A DNA stretch of 61,437 bases, the filler included, from Basidioascus undulatus (taxonomy: Eukaryota), in the NCBI GenBank assembly GCA_000826855.1. It is 6 parts of 6 records of this genome, joined end to end, with 100 filler letters (N's around TTAATTAATTAA, not from the genome) between each part and the next. Parts side by side here need not be neighbours in the genome. Positions count along the whole stretch, not along the records: positions 10,271 to 20,433 come from JTLS01001175.1; positions 20,534 to 30,696 come from JTLS01001176.1; 4 more parts are not named here. One strand, 5' to 3'. Shown here one piece after another: positions 11,041-24,010 of this stretch. The first letter of the stretch is position 1. Each line of letters starts with the position of its first letter. A program made the position numbers and the translations under genes. The notes beneath the pieces are model-generated. The model was not told the origin of the DNA, made no database searches, and was given only the letters and a program-made list of their open reading frames with translations.

Positions 11041-13328
11041 TCAAATATCCTGCCACTCGAAGCTACCCAAGACACAAACGTTCGATGGCAGCCTGCCCGG
11101 ACTGGGGCTGAGCAACGTGATCGTTCCCTTCTTGCCGTCCACAGCGGTCCTACCAATTCGACCGCAGCAAGCCAACGTCAGCCTCAGATACATGTAAATG
11201 AAAGGACAGAGGCCTAAGAAGAAGCACATACACAAGCAGAAACCCGATCACGTCCCCCCTTAGCAAGACATCACTCGGCAGGTCCTCCTCCGCGCCGCGT
11301 GTTGTCCCTGGCGCAGTCTCGGGCTCACGCACGAGAGCGAGGACAGAGTGCACGAGGCGGAGCTGCTGTGAGGCTGAGGAGAGATCGACGCGCTCGAGTG
11401 CGGTCTGGGAAAGCGAGCGGGTGGCGCCGATGGGAAGGGCGGAGGTGGGCGCCAGAGAATCTGAGACGGAGCGACCATCAGCCGTTCAGCAGGGAAGAGT
11501 GGAATGCTGGAAGAGAGGGGAAGGGTACCTTCGCCGACGCGGTATATCTGGAGGTTGGAGATCTTCAGCGTGATGGACTGCGGACTGAGCGCTGCCTCGC
11601 TGGGCACGGCTGCAGCCGTCCCTGCCCCGCCGTAGAAGTACGACTTGATCTGCCCCATCTGGATGCGTGACCGATACGCGTCATCCAGATCGACCACCTG
11701 CAAAACCATCCGAACTCAGACCTCGAGGCGACGCAATCAGCGGCAGGAAACCGGAACGCACGCCGCCTGACTTAGGGATCTTAACGAGCGACACGGAAGC
11801 GCCTGTAGCACCCATAGACGACAGTAGGCGCTTCATCTCGATGAACAGCTTCTCGTGCCCGATGACGAGGAGGACGTCCACTGCGGGGCGAGGGGTTCGT
11901 AAGAAGCTTGCTGGAGGGTAGCAAGCGAAGGAAGACTCACCCTTGAACGCCTCGACTGACTGCCGGACGAGGTCGTACTTCTGCCCCTTCCCGCCATCCT
12001 CACTCCCGACGAACGGGCTGCCAAAAGCGCTCGGGGTGTCGATGATCACGCCGCTGGTCCTCGCTGGTATCCCACCCGGTATTAGCTAGACTTTCGGCGT
12101 GTACGCGTGCGAGAAGGACCCACCCCGCTCATCGCGCTCCAACCGCTCTTCCAACCGCCTCGCGACTTCGCCCAGGACGTCCCTGTACAGCTTCACGTTG
12201 CGCCCTGGATCCGCATGGCCGTACCAGGTGACGAGCGGGACGACGGAGGAGGACGGGTCGAGTGCGGCGCCGGATGTGGAGGTACTTCCGAGTGGGGAGA
12301 ATGGGGACGCGGTGGAGACGGGTGATATGTATGGTGTGAGGGTGAGCGTGCCGGGGACGGTGGGACCTCCCTGGAAGATATGTAAATCAGCCTTGTCCTC
12401 CTGATGAGCGGGCAAACCTCGACTTACATCGGCAGGGTTTAGGTTGGCGAAGATAGGGCTCCAGCCTTTCCCAGTCCTCGCTGCGTAGCTATGGGGAGCC
12501 ACCATGATCAGTAACTCCGGGGCCTGAAATCGCGAAGTCCAGCAAGACGCACTTGAGCAGCACCTTGCACAGACTGGTCTTGCCTGAGTCCTCCTGACCA
12601 ATGACCATGACTCTCGGCCCCGAAGGCCCCGTTGGACCACCGTGACGCGCTAGAATGCGGCGCTGCTCGAGCGCGAGGTGGATGTTCTGGTACGCGACGA
12701 GCGGCGTCTCGGTGGAGAGGTACTCGGTCGACGGCGAGCCTAGGACGTGAAAGACGAGAAGCACATCATGTCAGTATAGCCGAATATGAATGTGTGCAAT
12801 TTAATAGTGAGAGTTTTGTGGTTTGAGGACGTTCGAGTCGGTGATCAATCCTAAGTTGCCTTGTTGGGCTCGAAGGGGCGCGAGGCCAGCGGACGCCCGC
12901 GACGAGCACACACGGACAGGCAGCAGGCTCCAAATCCGCCACGATCGATGATTAATAGGCACAACACGCCGTTCAAACACGCCAAAACTGGATGACGGAT
13001 AGAGAGGGAAAGAGGACTCATCTCGATCTCGCACCCATCCCAGCTGAACACCGCGCCCTTGCACTCGTCCCCGAATCCATACCACTTGTCCTTCGCCAGT
13101 TCCGCACCAAACACCTCCGCCCGTCCTTTCACTAACTGTGCGCCACGCAATGAACCAACATCCTTACGCGTGAGTAGAGCTGCCGATCCGGTTCGCGACG
13201 TGGGGATTGGGACGAACCCGAATCGAAATCGCCTCGCCTGCCTCGAGCTCGAAGCGGTACTCCGCCGTAGGCTCTACTACGAACGGCCTTGGGGACGCGT
13301 CTGATCGGAAAGGGGGCTCTGCCGCCAT
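11041..13328 (-). CDS. CLP1: Polynucleotide 5'-hydroxyl kinase / cleavage and polyadenylation factor Clp1
   Basis: MAAEPP..AEYRFELEAGEAISIR|LVKGRAEVFGAEL, GPRVMVIGQEDSGKTSLCK P-loop, GVIIDTP, IPKSGG|VVDLDDAYR..QIKSYFYG, LLSPSPGRLP..GSFEWQDI*. Confidence 0.92.
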
Positions 13329-14361
13329 GATTCTGCAAAGTTAAGCGGTGAAGGGTGAGAGACGCCTTCGTTGCGGCCTTAAGGCTTCGGTTCTCTATCA
13401 CCCTTCCGCAACCAGGAGCAATGCCAAACAAATCGCAATCAAGTCTCAGTAATATGAGGGCCAGAGCTTTTGAATACCAATTTGACCTTTTTCATTTAAT
13501 TTAGTTGGATTCAACTGACTTACCCAGGGCAGAGGCCGTTGCTTAGCAACACATCGTTGGCGCTCTCTCGGGGCACGCCAAGCAGTTGCAACCCTCGGCG
13601 AGCAGTCGTTTTGCCCCTTGCATCGGGGGGTGATCCCGGTAATGAGCAAGTACTTTACAGCACAACATGATCAGCTGGCTAACCTATGGCTGTGCGAGAA
13701 GCAGGCCCACGCACTACTGCTCCTGACCACGCACTACTGCTCCTGACCGTCTACATGCTCGTGCGATACCACCCTGGGGTAATCCAAAATCTTGAGAGGA
13801 CCTGCACCACGGGACTTCTTCTAAACCCGCAGTTTCTTGTGGCCTCGCGGATATTTCTGCCACTGAAGACAACGCGCCTGCAATGTTCAAGCAACTTATC
13901 AGATGATGGACGCCAGCTGCTCAGTAGCAACGGATTGATTGTCGAAGTGCCTGGGCTGGGTAAGTGCGATCGGTTTACCGAAAATGGGATGAGGAATTTG
14001 AATAGCTCTCAAATCTAGTGCATATTAGTTAAAGACGTCCTGGCGTGTCCACATTCAGGCATGCGCTTCAAGGTTACCCGCTGTCTACAGCCGCTTCAAA
14101 ACACGGTCTGCTCCAAGCATACCGGCCATGAGCATTAACAAATGAGAAACTGCAACCTTTAAAATCTTCATGTGCCCCTTTTCTGTGTCAAATGCTCCGT
14201 ATGGACTTATTCAGGCGTAACGCTATGGTCGATTGTTCTTCAGAAAGTGCTTTATGCAAAGGCTGTAACCAAGCCAATAGTTCAAGCAGAAGAGTGGTGT
14301 TTATTGTTATTTAGGCCAGAAACACAAGTATGTAGACTGGAAAAAGGGCTTCATGGTCAAG

Positions 14362-16620
14362 CTACGCAGAATTGACCCCGTCGAGCTTCACAGCTGTTGA
14401 ACGCAGCGACATGAGTCGGCGCTCGAACCAGCCAGCATCGCAACAGACAACAGATAGCGCACCAAGAACGTCCCTCTCACAGATTAAGCAGCCTGTCCCT
14501 CCTCTTCCTCGAGCTCCTGGAACCTCGGCGCCATTTCGAGGTCCCGCACACCGCGCTGGCGTGGGCGAGCGCGGCTGCGAGTCGGCAGGTTCGAGCGCAG
14601 GCGAGAGCCCCAAGAACGTGGATTGCCGCCTGGGAAGTTCGGAGCTGTTCCCAAAAAAAACGGCAGTCTGGGCCGAAGCTGCCGCGGGGTTCGGGTTGAC
14701 GGACAGGGCAGTGGGCACGCTCGGGGACGAGGGCGCAAGAGGGGAGATCCAGGCGCAGTGACGATGGTAGTCGACGAAGCAGAGGGAGTGATAGAGGGAG
14801 CAGGGAGCGGGTCAGTTATAGATGATTTCTAGATCAGCAGATGGTCTCCACAAACCGAAGTCCTGAAACGTTGTGCGTACCGTAGAGCGCGGTCCAAACA
14901 TCGCGAAGCTCGTCCAACTTGGATCCCGTCACTCCGCGCTCACAGATCAAGCGGTGCGCTTCAAGAGCGCACACCGCGTCGGTCCATTCAGGTCGCGGTC
15001 GCAAAGGCGAGGGTGATGAGCGATCTTCAGGAACTGTGGAACGAGGTAGTCGAGCGTAACAAAGTCGGGGATATCATCCCTGGCAACAATATCCGCCATA
15101 GCATTCGGCGACAGACGGCTCGAGGAGTCGAAGTCTCCGTGAGAGGTGGCCGGGCGTGTTGAATACTTCAAGAAGGACGCAATGACTGTAGTCGACAGTC
15201 TGCTTATTGCGACAGAGGCGGAGTCCAGCGTCGGCAGCAACTTGACAAGCTCGATGTCTCCTCCAAGATGTTGCAAGCGTGCTACAAGGGCAACGAAAGA
15301 GACCGGGAGAAGCTCTACAGCTGCTCTGGGGAAAGACAGGGAGTGCTTTTCCCAAGAGATGAATTGTATAAATGGCGGCAAGAAGTATCGCGCAGACAGA
15401 GTGTCTGTGTCCGGTGGAATGTAGAAAACAAGCGGGCGCAGCTTGGAAGTGCCGCCTTGCTGCAGGGCAGCTAGGAGGTGGGTGGCCCATAGCTTCAAGC
15501 CAAAGTTGGAAACTTCGAGTAAAAGGGCGTATTGGTCGCTATAGATTCGAAGATCGTCCATGTTGTCTGAGAAAAGTGTCGGTTATTTTTGAAATTTGGA
15601 AGACAAGCCTCTGTTCTGCTCCTTCCAGTGAAGGGTTTGGCTGAGAACGTATACAATGGAGACAGCGAGGGTTGCTCATGTCCGTACTACACGGAGCAGC
15701 GGAAAGACGTCGATGAGTAGCTTCCAGCAGCGCCCAGACCGTCAAGCCGAAATTGAGGGAATCTTTCGCCACTGGGCGAGCACATTGTGAGCAGCCAAAG
15801 CAGAACTCGTACAAACATGTAATAATACAGACCAGGATGTTCCTTGATGACATTCGCAGTTATAAGATTACTCCGAAAGCTAGCTTCAGCCGAAAGGAGA
15901 TGTTCGCAAGTACGGACTTCATCTATGCTCAGGGGGTCAGCCAAGGGAGAAGCCACAACGGTGTCGAAAGCAGCAGCCGCCTGCTCAAGATGCTAGTCTT
16001 CAAGTGTCTCCAGCATCACCCCGTGGAAGACCTGCAGCTCCTGAGTGGTAAGACGCGATGAAACTTTGACTCCGTGAGCTCTTGCTCTGCAGGTTCGCTG
16101 AAGAACAGCGAGAGGGGCGTTCGAAACGGAGACTCCCTTTTTATGATCGCTTGTGCGAGAGTTGAGAGCAAAAAGGCGACCACCGCAACGTCAGAAGCGC
16201 TCGCGAGACAGATGCCGCCAAGACTGGTAGCGAAGGACGCGAGAGTCCGAATGTGATCGAAGAGAGGTTCTCCAGCAAGCCGAGCGTGAAGAGCCCGACA
16301 GGCACGATGAGGAGCGCCGGTAAGCAGCTGATGAAGTGCGAAAGAGAGCCTTGAATGCGGTTGAGGAGAGGTATGGGTGTTTCATACGCACGCTGATGAT
16401 GAGTGAAAGCCACCAGTAAATGTTGAGACGAACATCATTTGCGTCCGGCCGGAAGTCGTCGGGCGCGGTCAGGTTCAAGCTGGCCATGTTGACACCGCTG
16501 AGCTGGATGAAGATCTCGGTGAGGTTGGAGAGGAGCTCGTTCGTACGCGCCGCCTCGTCCGGCTTGAGGCTCCCGAGCGATTCGACGCGGAAGTGGGGCC
16601 GGAGCCAGGTTGTTCGCAAA
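14362..16620 (-). pseudogene. DUF6535-like basidiomycete membrane-protein gene, disrupted
   Basis: ESLGSLKPDEAARTNELLSNLTEI..FRPDANDVRLNIYWWLSLIIS and SPFRTPLS motifs typical of this family; frameshift near 16195, in-frame TAG at 15993-15995, further frame changes, no intact N-terminus. Confidence 0.55.
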
Positions 16621-18538
16621 CGTTCCTTTCTCCTGAGATTATCTCAACTTCATGTTATGGGCTGTTGATGGTGGAAGTTGTTGGAGCAGACTGTGGGGAC
16701 AGTAGGAGCTGAAAGCGGACGGCCGAGCGCACGCTCACTTCCGACCGCTCCGCACTCCCTCGTAGTTGTGTTCACCGAACAGCGGTGCGTACGCTATTGA
16801 TCTCGCTGAGACCCACTGCGATAGCTTGGATTTACGTTTGCTTTTGGGATTGCGCACCAGCACCCACCCAGGACATCTTGACCTTCCCCGTCCCCAGCCT
16901 TCACCTCTCCTGGCGGGGTCTTGCGTGGAGGAAGGATGTACACCTTTTTCTCACCCCCTGAAATCCCGAGTACAGAATTGAAGCGTATTTACTTAAGGTG
17001 CGCATCATCCTCCGGGTTGACGAGCGACTGAACTGACAAGGGAGGGTTGGAGGTGCATCCGCACAGGCGGGTATCTATCCTCCCGATCTCCCTATCTTCT
17101 CATCAGAAAACAGCGATCCCAAAACGCTTATGCGGTGGACTTCATCGCCTAGTCTCATCACCAGCTCCTTCCACCTCAGCAGCGCATCATTAACCCGATC
17201 CTGTCTATGCGCTTGCCAAATTTGCCACCCTGCTTGTCTACTCCTCCCCTCCACTCTGCCTTCACTGACAGGCACCCTGCCCGTATTCTGCGAGAAAATC
17301 TGCAGGTGGTGTGTGTGCTTGACTTACTTTGAGCGCTGCAGTGGTGGGGTTACGGTGTGGGCAGGGCACGCGGGAGAGTATCAAGGGTCAGTCGTTACGT
17401 TGTCCGGCTGGGATGTGTGCAGCAGGGCGTACATGTACATTTGGATTATAGAATTCTAATTATCCTTTCAAGCACCCATTTGGTGTTAGTCTGCCTTTAT
17501 AGGTGCTGAAGATGAGTGCAGTGTACAAGGTAGGTGTGCGAGGTCAAGTTGCTGAACGGTAATAGCGGCCAGTGTGTTTGTGTGTGGATGACGATGGCTG
17601 AGTGGACAAGTCTATTTCCTTCCGTTTGTGATTAGAAGTCTGGCACAGCAAATCAGTCAGGACGTGCACCATGAGATCTGCATGTGCCCTGTGCCAGTGA
17701 ACGGGATACTTGGTCCAAAAACCAGAAAATGCTTGCATTTCATGAGCTTGAATATATTAGTACTGGTTTATTATTCAGATTCTATGCCAGATAACAGTAG
17801 AGGTCAACCCAGGCATTTGAAGGAGCCCGTGGGTCAACAATCAAACTTGGCAGTTGCCATTACTCTCTTATTTTCACCGTGAATTGAGGCTGGGTCAAGT
17901 TTTTTGGGGGTTTAAGATATGCCCCTTTCACCTGCAAGCAGTAGGAGTACACCTGGGGTGGTTCAACTTTTGCAGAGTTGCTGGTGGCCCCGAAAACGCT
18001 CAAAAGACCATGTTTGCACCTTGTTCCGCTGGTGTAAGTCATGCAGATCCAGATGCCCAGTTATTCCACACTCATGGGCTGCCCATGCGCAGCCGAGCGT
18101 GGGCAGTCCAGCCTGGTTTGAGTGCACTCTTATTAGGCTAGTTAGCCGGTACATTTGTTAGCGTTAGGTGCAAACTGAGTGGTATCCCAACCCTATGAGT
18201 AATCGCTGCGCGCGAAAAATAGGTATCAGCTGCACCTTCCAACAAGAAAGTTGTGCTGGAGAGATGAACCGAGCCTGAACCCTCTACCTTGTCTTGCGCG
18301 TACGGGGTCAATTGCCCATGCACCACAGTCGTTACGTCGTTTCGTGCTAAACCAACAACCGCAACGAAGGTGCATATCTCGCTAATAATCTCACCAAAAA
18401 AAAAAAAGGCGGCAAATGCTGTCGTAAAACAAATGAACGACAAGGGGGTCGCAACGGGGCTAGTAGGTGGGCTGTCCGTGCTCAGTTCTCTATCACCAGT
18501 ACTTGATGACGCGCTGCCCGGGCTTGGCCGGGTTGTCC

Positions 18539-20433
18539 TCAGAACTGAGCACGGGAAACTGTCGATCAGCACGACGTGTCCGGGTCCGAAACGCTGGGAG
18601 GGAACGTTTCAAGCGGGGGGAAGAGGACTGCGTTCTTACTTTGCTTAGGTCGCGGCCCCCTGCGAGAATGTGTGATGGTCAGCTAGTTGTTTGGTGGGTG
18701 GAGATGGGGTGTTGGGTCGGCGAGAGGACGCACAGATACCGCGCTTGATCCAGTCGATCATGAGCAGCGCACGCGTGCGCATGCTGACCTGCTCGCTCCA
18801 GTACACCGAACGCCTGGACAACCGCTCTTCATATAGCGTCACGGCTACCACTGGCCAAGCAGGCATGCTCAGGCGCACCAGAGGTAAAGCGAAATCAGGC
18901 CGCCTGTCGCCATTGTCAAACAGTAAAAGCGTCAGCTCGTCTGTTGTGCGCCAAAGCAGACCAAACAATGTCAACGCACCAGCAAGCGAGTAACCGCCCG
19001 GGAAGTCGAGCACGGCGCTGTTGCCGATGTACGCGAGCGACCCAAGGTGCTGGTACCTGCGCATTCACCCCCTCCAAGAAATCGGTCAGCAACGGACTCG
19101 TTCTCGTAGGGGGAAAACGAGACCGACGTGAACGGTTTGTAGTACATGTCGTCGTCCGGCACGTCCACGTTGTTCTGCTCAAACGTTGTGCGCTGCTTCG
19201 CGAGCGTCGAGAGCTTCTTGCCGAGGTACTTGCCCTCCTGGGACGCGACCTGCGCGGTCTGTTGTTTCCCCGTGCTTCATATCAGAACATCCTCCTCATC
19301 GCACTGGGGAAAACAGGGGGGAGAGGGGGATGGAACGCACAGCAGGCAGCGCCGTGATCTTGCCCGAGATCTCCTGGAAGAGCCTCGCGAGCTCGTTAAG
19401 GTTGAGGACGTTGTCCTTGTCCGTGTCGTACTGCTTGAAGATGTCCTTGATCTGCTCAAAGTGCTGCACCGCGAGCGGGTACCGGCGGCGGATCTCTGCG
19501 CAAACCCACCCACTTAGCAAAGCAGCCACCAGAGCTTCGGAATGCAAGGCTGGACGAACGCACTCTTCGACATCAGCTCGAACTCCTCCATGTCGATGCG
19601 CTGATGTGCCGGGAAGAGAGAAGTTGGTTAGAGGAGCGCACTTTGGAGATGGAGATGCGAACTCACCCCGTCGTTGTTCGTGTCGCACTCCTCGACAAGG
19701 TCGAGCAAGTCATCCAGCAAGTTGGTGTCGATCTGCCAACCCCAACCCCAACCCCAGAATTCGTCAGCCTCACCCTTCAATACCCACCACGCACATCAGC
19801 TACAGCCACGCACCGTCGCGTCGTCTCCCACAGCATACACCGTCCCCAGCGGTGCGCCCTTCACGCGGAGGTGGCTGTCCACTCTACGCTCCGCCAAGCC
19901 ACTCCGCCCACATCAGCACGGCCATCCCCCTGAGCAATGCAAGTGAGATGAGACGTACACGATCGCCTTGGAGTGGAACTGGTTCGGCAGTCGCTCGCAA
20001 ATCCTGTCCACCCCCCCACTGTTCAGCCTCCTTCCTTTCTCCCAACCCCCGTCGCTGCACACTCACTTCCTCGCAAGCGGGTTCATCGCTGTCTCCTCCC
20101 CACATCAGCGCACGACCAACGGGGCGGGAACACAAGAGAGGGGGGGAGGAAGACGCACCGATCCCCGTACTCCACAGTACGAACCCAGCAGGCAGCTCGC
20201 GCTCGATCTTTTTCCCCTCGCCGTCCTTGACGGTGTAGAAGATCCGGTCGGGCTCGACGCGCGCGACGCGCGCGTTCAGGAGGACGTCGATGTCTTCGCG
20301 CGCGAACTTCTTCTCTATTCGTTCAGTCAATGTATATTAGCAAGGAAGTGGGAGAAGGGTGGGGAGGGAGGAGGAGGGGAAGGAGGGAGTGGAATGGGGA
20401 GCGGCCTACAGCCTTGACAATGGTGAATGGGTC
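18539..20433 (-). CDS. Mitochondrial type II (alternative) NAD(P)H dehydrogenase with EF-hands (NDB/external type), 3' part
   Basis: Exons GFVLWSTGI|AMNP, VDSHLRVKGAPLGTVYAVGD, EF loops DTNNDG|RIDMEEF and DTDKDNVLNLNEL, ALPA|TAQVASQEGKYL, YQHLGSLAYIGNSAVLD, WRSVYWSEQVSMRTRALLMIDWIKRGI|WGRDLSK. Confidence 0.9.
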
Positions 20434-20533
20434 NNNNNNNNNNNNNNNNNNNNNNNNNNNNNNNNNNNNNNNNNNNNTTAATTAATTAANNNNNNNNNNN
20501 NNNNNNNNNNNNNNNNNNNNNNNNNNNNNNNNN
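20434..20533. other. Artificial contig spacer
   Basis: N44-TTAATTAATTAA-N44. Confidence 0.97.
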
Positions 20534-21847
20534 AAGGGCGGAGGGGGCCACGGCGGGGGAGGAAGTGGTAGGAAGGGGAGATGTGGAAGAGGGAAGGTGA
20601 GGGAGAGGGGATGGGACAGGGAGGAGGCGGTGGGAAGGAGAGGGGACCAGAGAACGCACCACGCCCTGCTTCCATGACGTGCCGAGGATCGTGCTGCATC
20701 CACCCGCATGAGCCAGACTGCCTGGGAGGACAAAAGACATGGAGAGGCCCACGAGTTTTTCCTGTGGTCCGCGACGATCACGAACCTGTCCCAGCCGCAT
20801 CCGCATCCGCATCCTCTCGCTTCAGTACAAACCTCGCTCCAAGGCATACACCGGCCTCGGAAGATCGAGAATCAGGGAAGAGGAGGGGAGAAGGTAGGGA
20901 AGAGAAGAGGAGGAGACCCACGTCTTCGCCGCCTCCGCCAGGACCTTTTCCCTCAAGTGACACGCCCCGCCGCCCTTAATCGCGTTCAGCTCGTTGTCCA
21001 CCCTGCTCCACATCTTAGCATCCCAAGGTTCGGGGGTGGGGAGGGGGGCACGCACTCGTCTGCCCCATCCAGAGTGACGTCGATCGTTGGGTACCTGATT
21101 CGGGGGGAATATGAGTCAGGAGGAGAGGGAAGGGGAGAGGGAAAGGTGGGAAGCGGAAGGTGGGACGGGAGGGGAAGAGAAAGGAAGACGCACTGGTCCA
21201 CGTCGCCCAGGACCAGGCCGGCCGAGACGATCAGTTCTTTTGATTGGAAGCCTGATTTTGCACCGCCGAGTCAGATCAAGGATTTGAAGGTGGACGCATG
21301 GGGAGGAGCAGGGAGGAGGAAGACGTACCGGTGGGGATGAACACCCTGTCCTTGTTCGCTTCCCTTCCTTGCGCGACGATGCGCTCGACAACGTACGCTG
21401 CTCACGCCCATTCAACTCCCGCTCCAGAACCAAAAAGACGGTCCCGCAGACTCACGGACGGTGCTCCCCGACCCGATCCCAATGACCTTCCCTCCCCTCC
21501 TCATCAGCCTATTGCCCTTCCCCACCCTCATCCCCACCATCCCCTTTGCCCCCTACACTCTCACCAACCCACCTTGTCATCCCTCCCCACATGCGCGTCC
21601 ACAGCCGCGTACGCCGCCAAGCGCTTGCTCGCCTCGATCGGGTCGAGCTGGGCGATGTCCCGCGCCAAGCGGACGGGGGGCAGCTCCTTCGGCTTTTGGC
21701 TTGCGAGGGGCACAGGGTCGGAGGGACCTGTGGTGAGCGTCAGGGAGGGGGGGAGGACGGCGGACTTCGCTGTTTGTTCACCCCGGCTTAATTAGAGGTC
21801 CCCTGCGGAGATGAGAACTGTGGAAGGGGGACAGGAGACCGACACAT
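20534..21847 (-). CDS. RKI1: Ribose-5-phosphate isomerase A, 5' part (3' end beyond contig)
   Basis: IEASKRLAAYAAVD, IGIGSGSTV, YVVERI, FQSKELIV, IDVTLDGADE|VDNELNAIKGGGACHLREKVLAEAA, FVIVADHRKNS; the ATG at 21847 is inferred. Confidence 0.92.
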
Positions 21848-22431
21848 GATGGGCCCTAGGTGCGGACGAAGAGGGCGGAGCAAGAGGGCGGCGCGTCGGA
21901 CAGCCAGATTGGGAGCTTAGATCCCACAGGAGGCTGATGCGGATGCGGATGGCGAGGGTGAGAAAGACAGGCAGGAGCAAGCGAGACGAGCGGAGAAGAC
22001 CCTCGCAAAGCCTATAGCGCTTCTCGCCCGACGCCGCCCGGCGAAAGATGACGCTCCCACCGACTTCGGATGAGTGTAACCTCTGTCATTTCTGTTTGCT
22101 TCTTCCCACAGCCTCTTTGCATGACATGAAAACATTCTTCAAATATTCTCTAACCCATAGAAATGCTTGAGTGGAGGTTGCACTGCGTCCTGCAGCGAGT
22201 GCAGTCGGGAAGCCCGAAAACTGAACAGCTTGGCGCTCCCCGAAGGGGTTCGGGAACATCGGATCCTTATCGTGCTGTCCCGGTGGTCCCTTGTCCAAGC
22301 GTCCTACATTGGTCCTACAACCCGGACACAAGCGCCTAGGCAGAGGGCAAACATGGGAGGAGGACAAAGGAGGGGAGGGTGGAGATTGGGGAGGATAGGA
22401 GGGAGGTAATCCAGGCAAAAGAGCAAGCACG

Positions 22432-22504
22432 AGCCCCACGCGGGGGTCGAACCCGCAGCCTTGAGATTAAGAGTCTCACGCTCTACCGATTGAGCTAGCG
22501 AGGC
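22432..22504 (-). tRNA. tRNA-Lys(CTT)
   Basis: GCCTCGC TAGCTCAATCGGTAGAGC G TGAGA CT-CTT-AA TCTCA AGGCT GCGGG TTCGACC CCCGC GTGGGGC T; downstream T-run. Confidence 0.95.
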
Positions 22505-23109
22505 TTATTCTTCCCACCTATGGTTCTACGAATCCGATCCACCCGATCCACCCAAGTAGACAGGGTAAGAGCCCGGGCGAGGACGCGATGAGACGAGACG
22601 AGACAAGCGCGGCGTGGGCGGGCTGAGCGGAGTGGAAGGATGGAATGAGTGAGGGCGAAGCGCCCGCCCCATTGATGGTGCCGACGGTCAGTCGGAAAGC
22701 ACGAAAGCGGGACTAGTGAGATGATCAGTTGGCATTCTGGGGCTCGGTCGGGTGCACGCCAGGAAAGACGAGACCAGCCCCCGGTGCCCACGGTCTTTCG
22801 AGAGACGCAGCGAAGTCGAGAGTAAGCGGACGTGCGATCGAAGAGTAAATCGAAAGGTCAGCACGAATTCAAAGATCAGCATCTCCCTCGCTCCTCGCCC
22901 AGCGTCACCACACCACACCACACCACACCATAGCACACCCATCCTTGCAACCCGTGCCTTTACAACCAAAAGAGAAATTCAGAATCGGAAGGAAGGTATA
23001 CCACGGTCGCCCAACCTCGCGACCTCACACCAGCCACCCACCGCCCCGTCCCACCCTCGTCCCAGTCACAGCACCCGACCCCTCTCTAGCCCCCGCGTTC
23101 CAAAGACGA

Positions 23110-23790
23110 TTACTTGGTGAACGCTGGGAAAAGGGAAGGGGGTGAGAAGTGAATTGGGAGGAGGAAGATGGAAGAGAGACGGACAGCGGACGATCTTCGC
23201 CGTGATGCTGCATCCCCGTTCCTCATCAGCCTCACCCACCCACACAAAGAAGAAGTAAAACACGCGTACTGGAGGAAGAAGATGCTCGCGATGAACGCGA
23301 CGGACAGGACGACAATGACGAAGGGGTCCCTGGTCCCCTCATCCTCATCAGTACCACCTTCCTTCCTTCTCTACTGGTCGGGGTCGGGGCGGGGAGGGGG
23401 AAGAAGGAGGGAGGAAGACATACACTTTGAGACCCGGCGAATCATCCGTGTACAGACGGAGCATCGTGTTGCTGCTCCCACCCGCGCCCGCCGCGCGGGC
23501 ACTGTTGGGCCGGCCCGCGGCGGAGGCGGATTGGTCGGCGCGGCGGCTGGTTCGAACACCCACTACATCAGCGTTAACTGTCTACTTGAGAGGCGGAAGG
23601 AGGGGGGAGAGGGATGGGGATGGGAAGAAAGCGACGCACCGGATCGCAGCCCCATGCGGGCGGTCGCCCCGCGCTGAGACGGCAGTGGAGGAGGTGGCGG
23701 GCGGCGAGGCGGTGCGGGCGGACTGGTTTCACATCCTCACCACAATCAGTACTTTCTCTCCTCTGAGCTCGAAGAAAGAGGAGCAACCAT
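23110..23790 (-). CDS. SBH1: Sec61 translocon beta subunit
   Basis: ARAAGAGGSSNTMLRLYTDDSPGLKV|DPFVIVVLSVAFIASIFFLH|ITAKIVR; the ATG appears to be the only coding part of its exon. Confidence 0.9.
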
Positions 23791-24010
23791 TTCCAGTGGT
23801 GTGATGTGGATGAGATGAGAGCGCGTGCAGCGTGGGTGTGTCGCGCTGGCTTCCCCGCGAGTCTATCGGCAGATGAATTCGGGAGGGCCGAAAGAAGGGC
23901 GGGAGCCGGTAACTTACCCTCGCGGTTCACCGCCGCCCCTGATCTCCGCCGCTCATACACCGCACTCGCACGCACGCTCACATCGCACGTAAAGATAGTC
24001 GAAGAGGAGG

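Noticed and set aside
13707..13748. 20-bp tandem duplicate CCACGCACTACTGCTCCTGA x2 (similar short repeats at 22907-22930 and 49699-49722)
   Set aside because: Simple slippage repeats with no spacers or associated genes; not CRISPR-like
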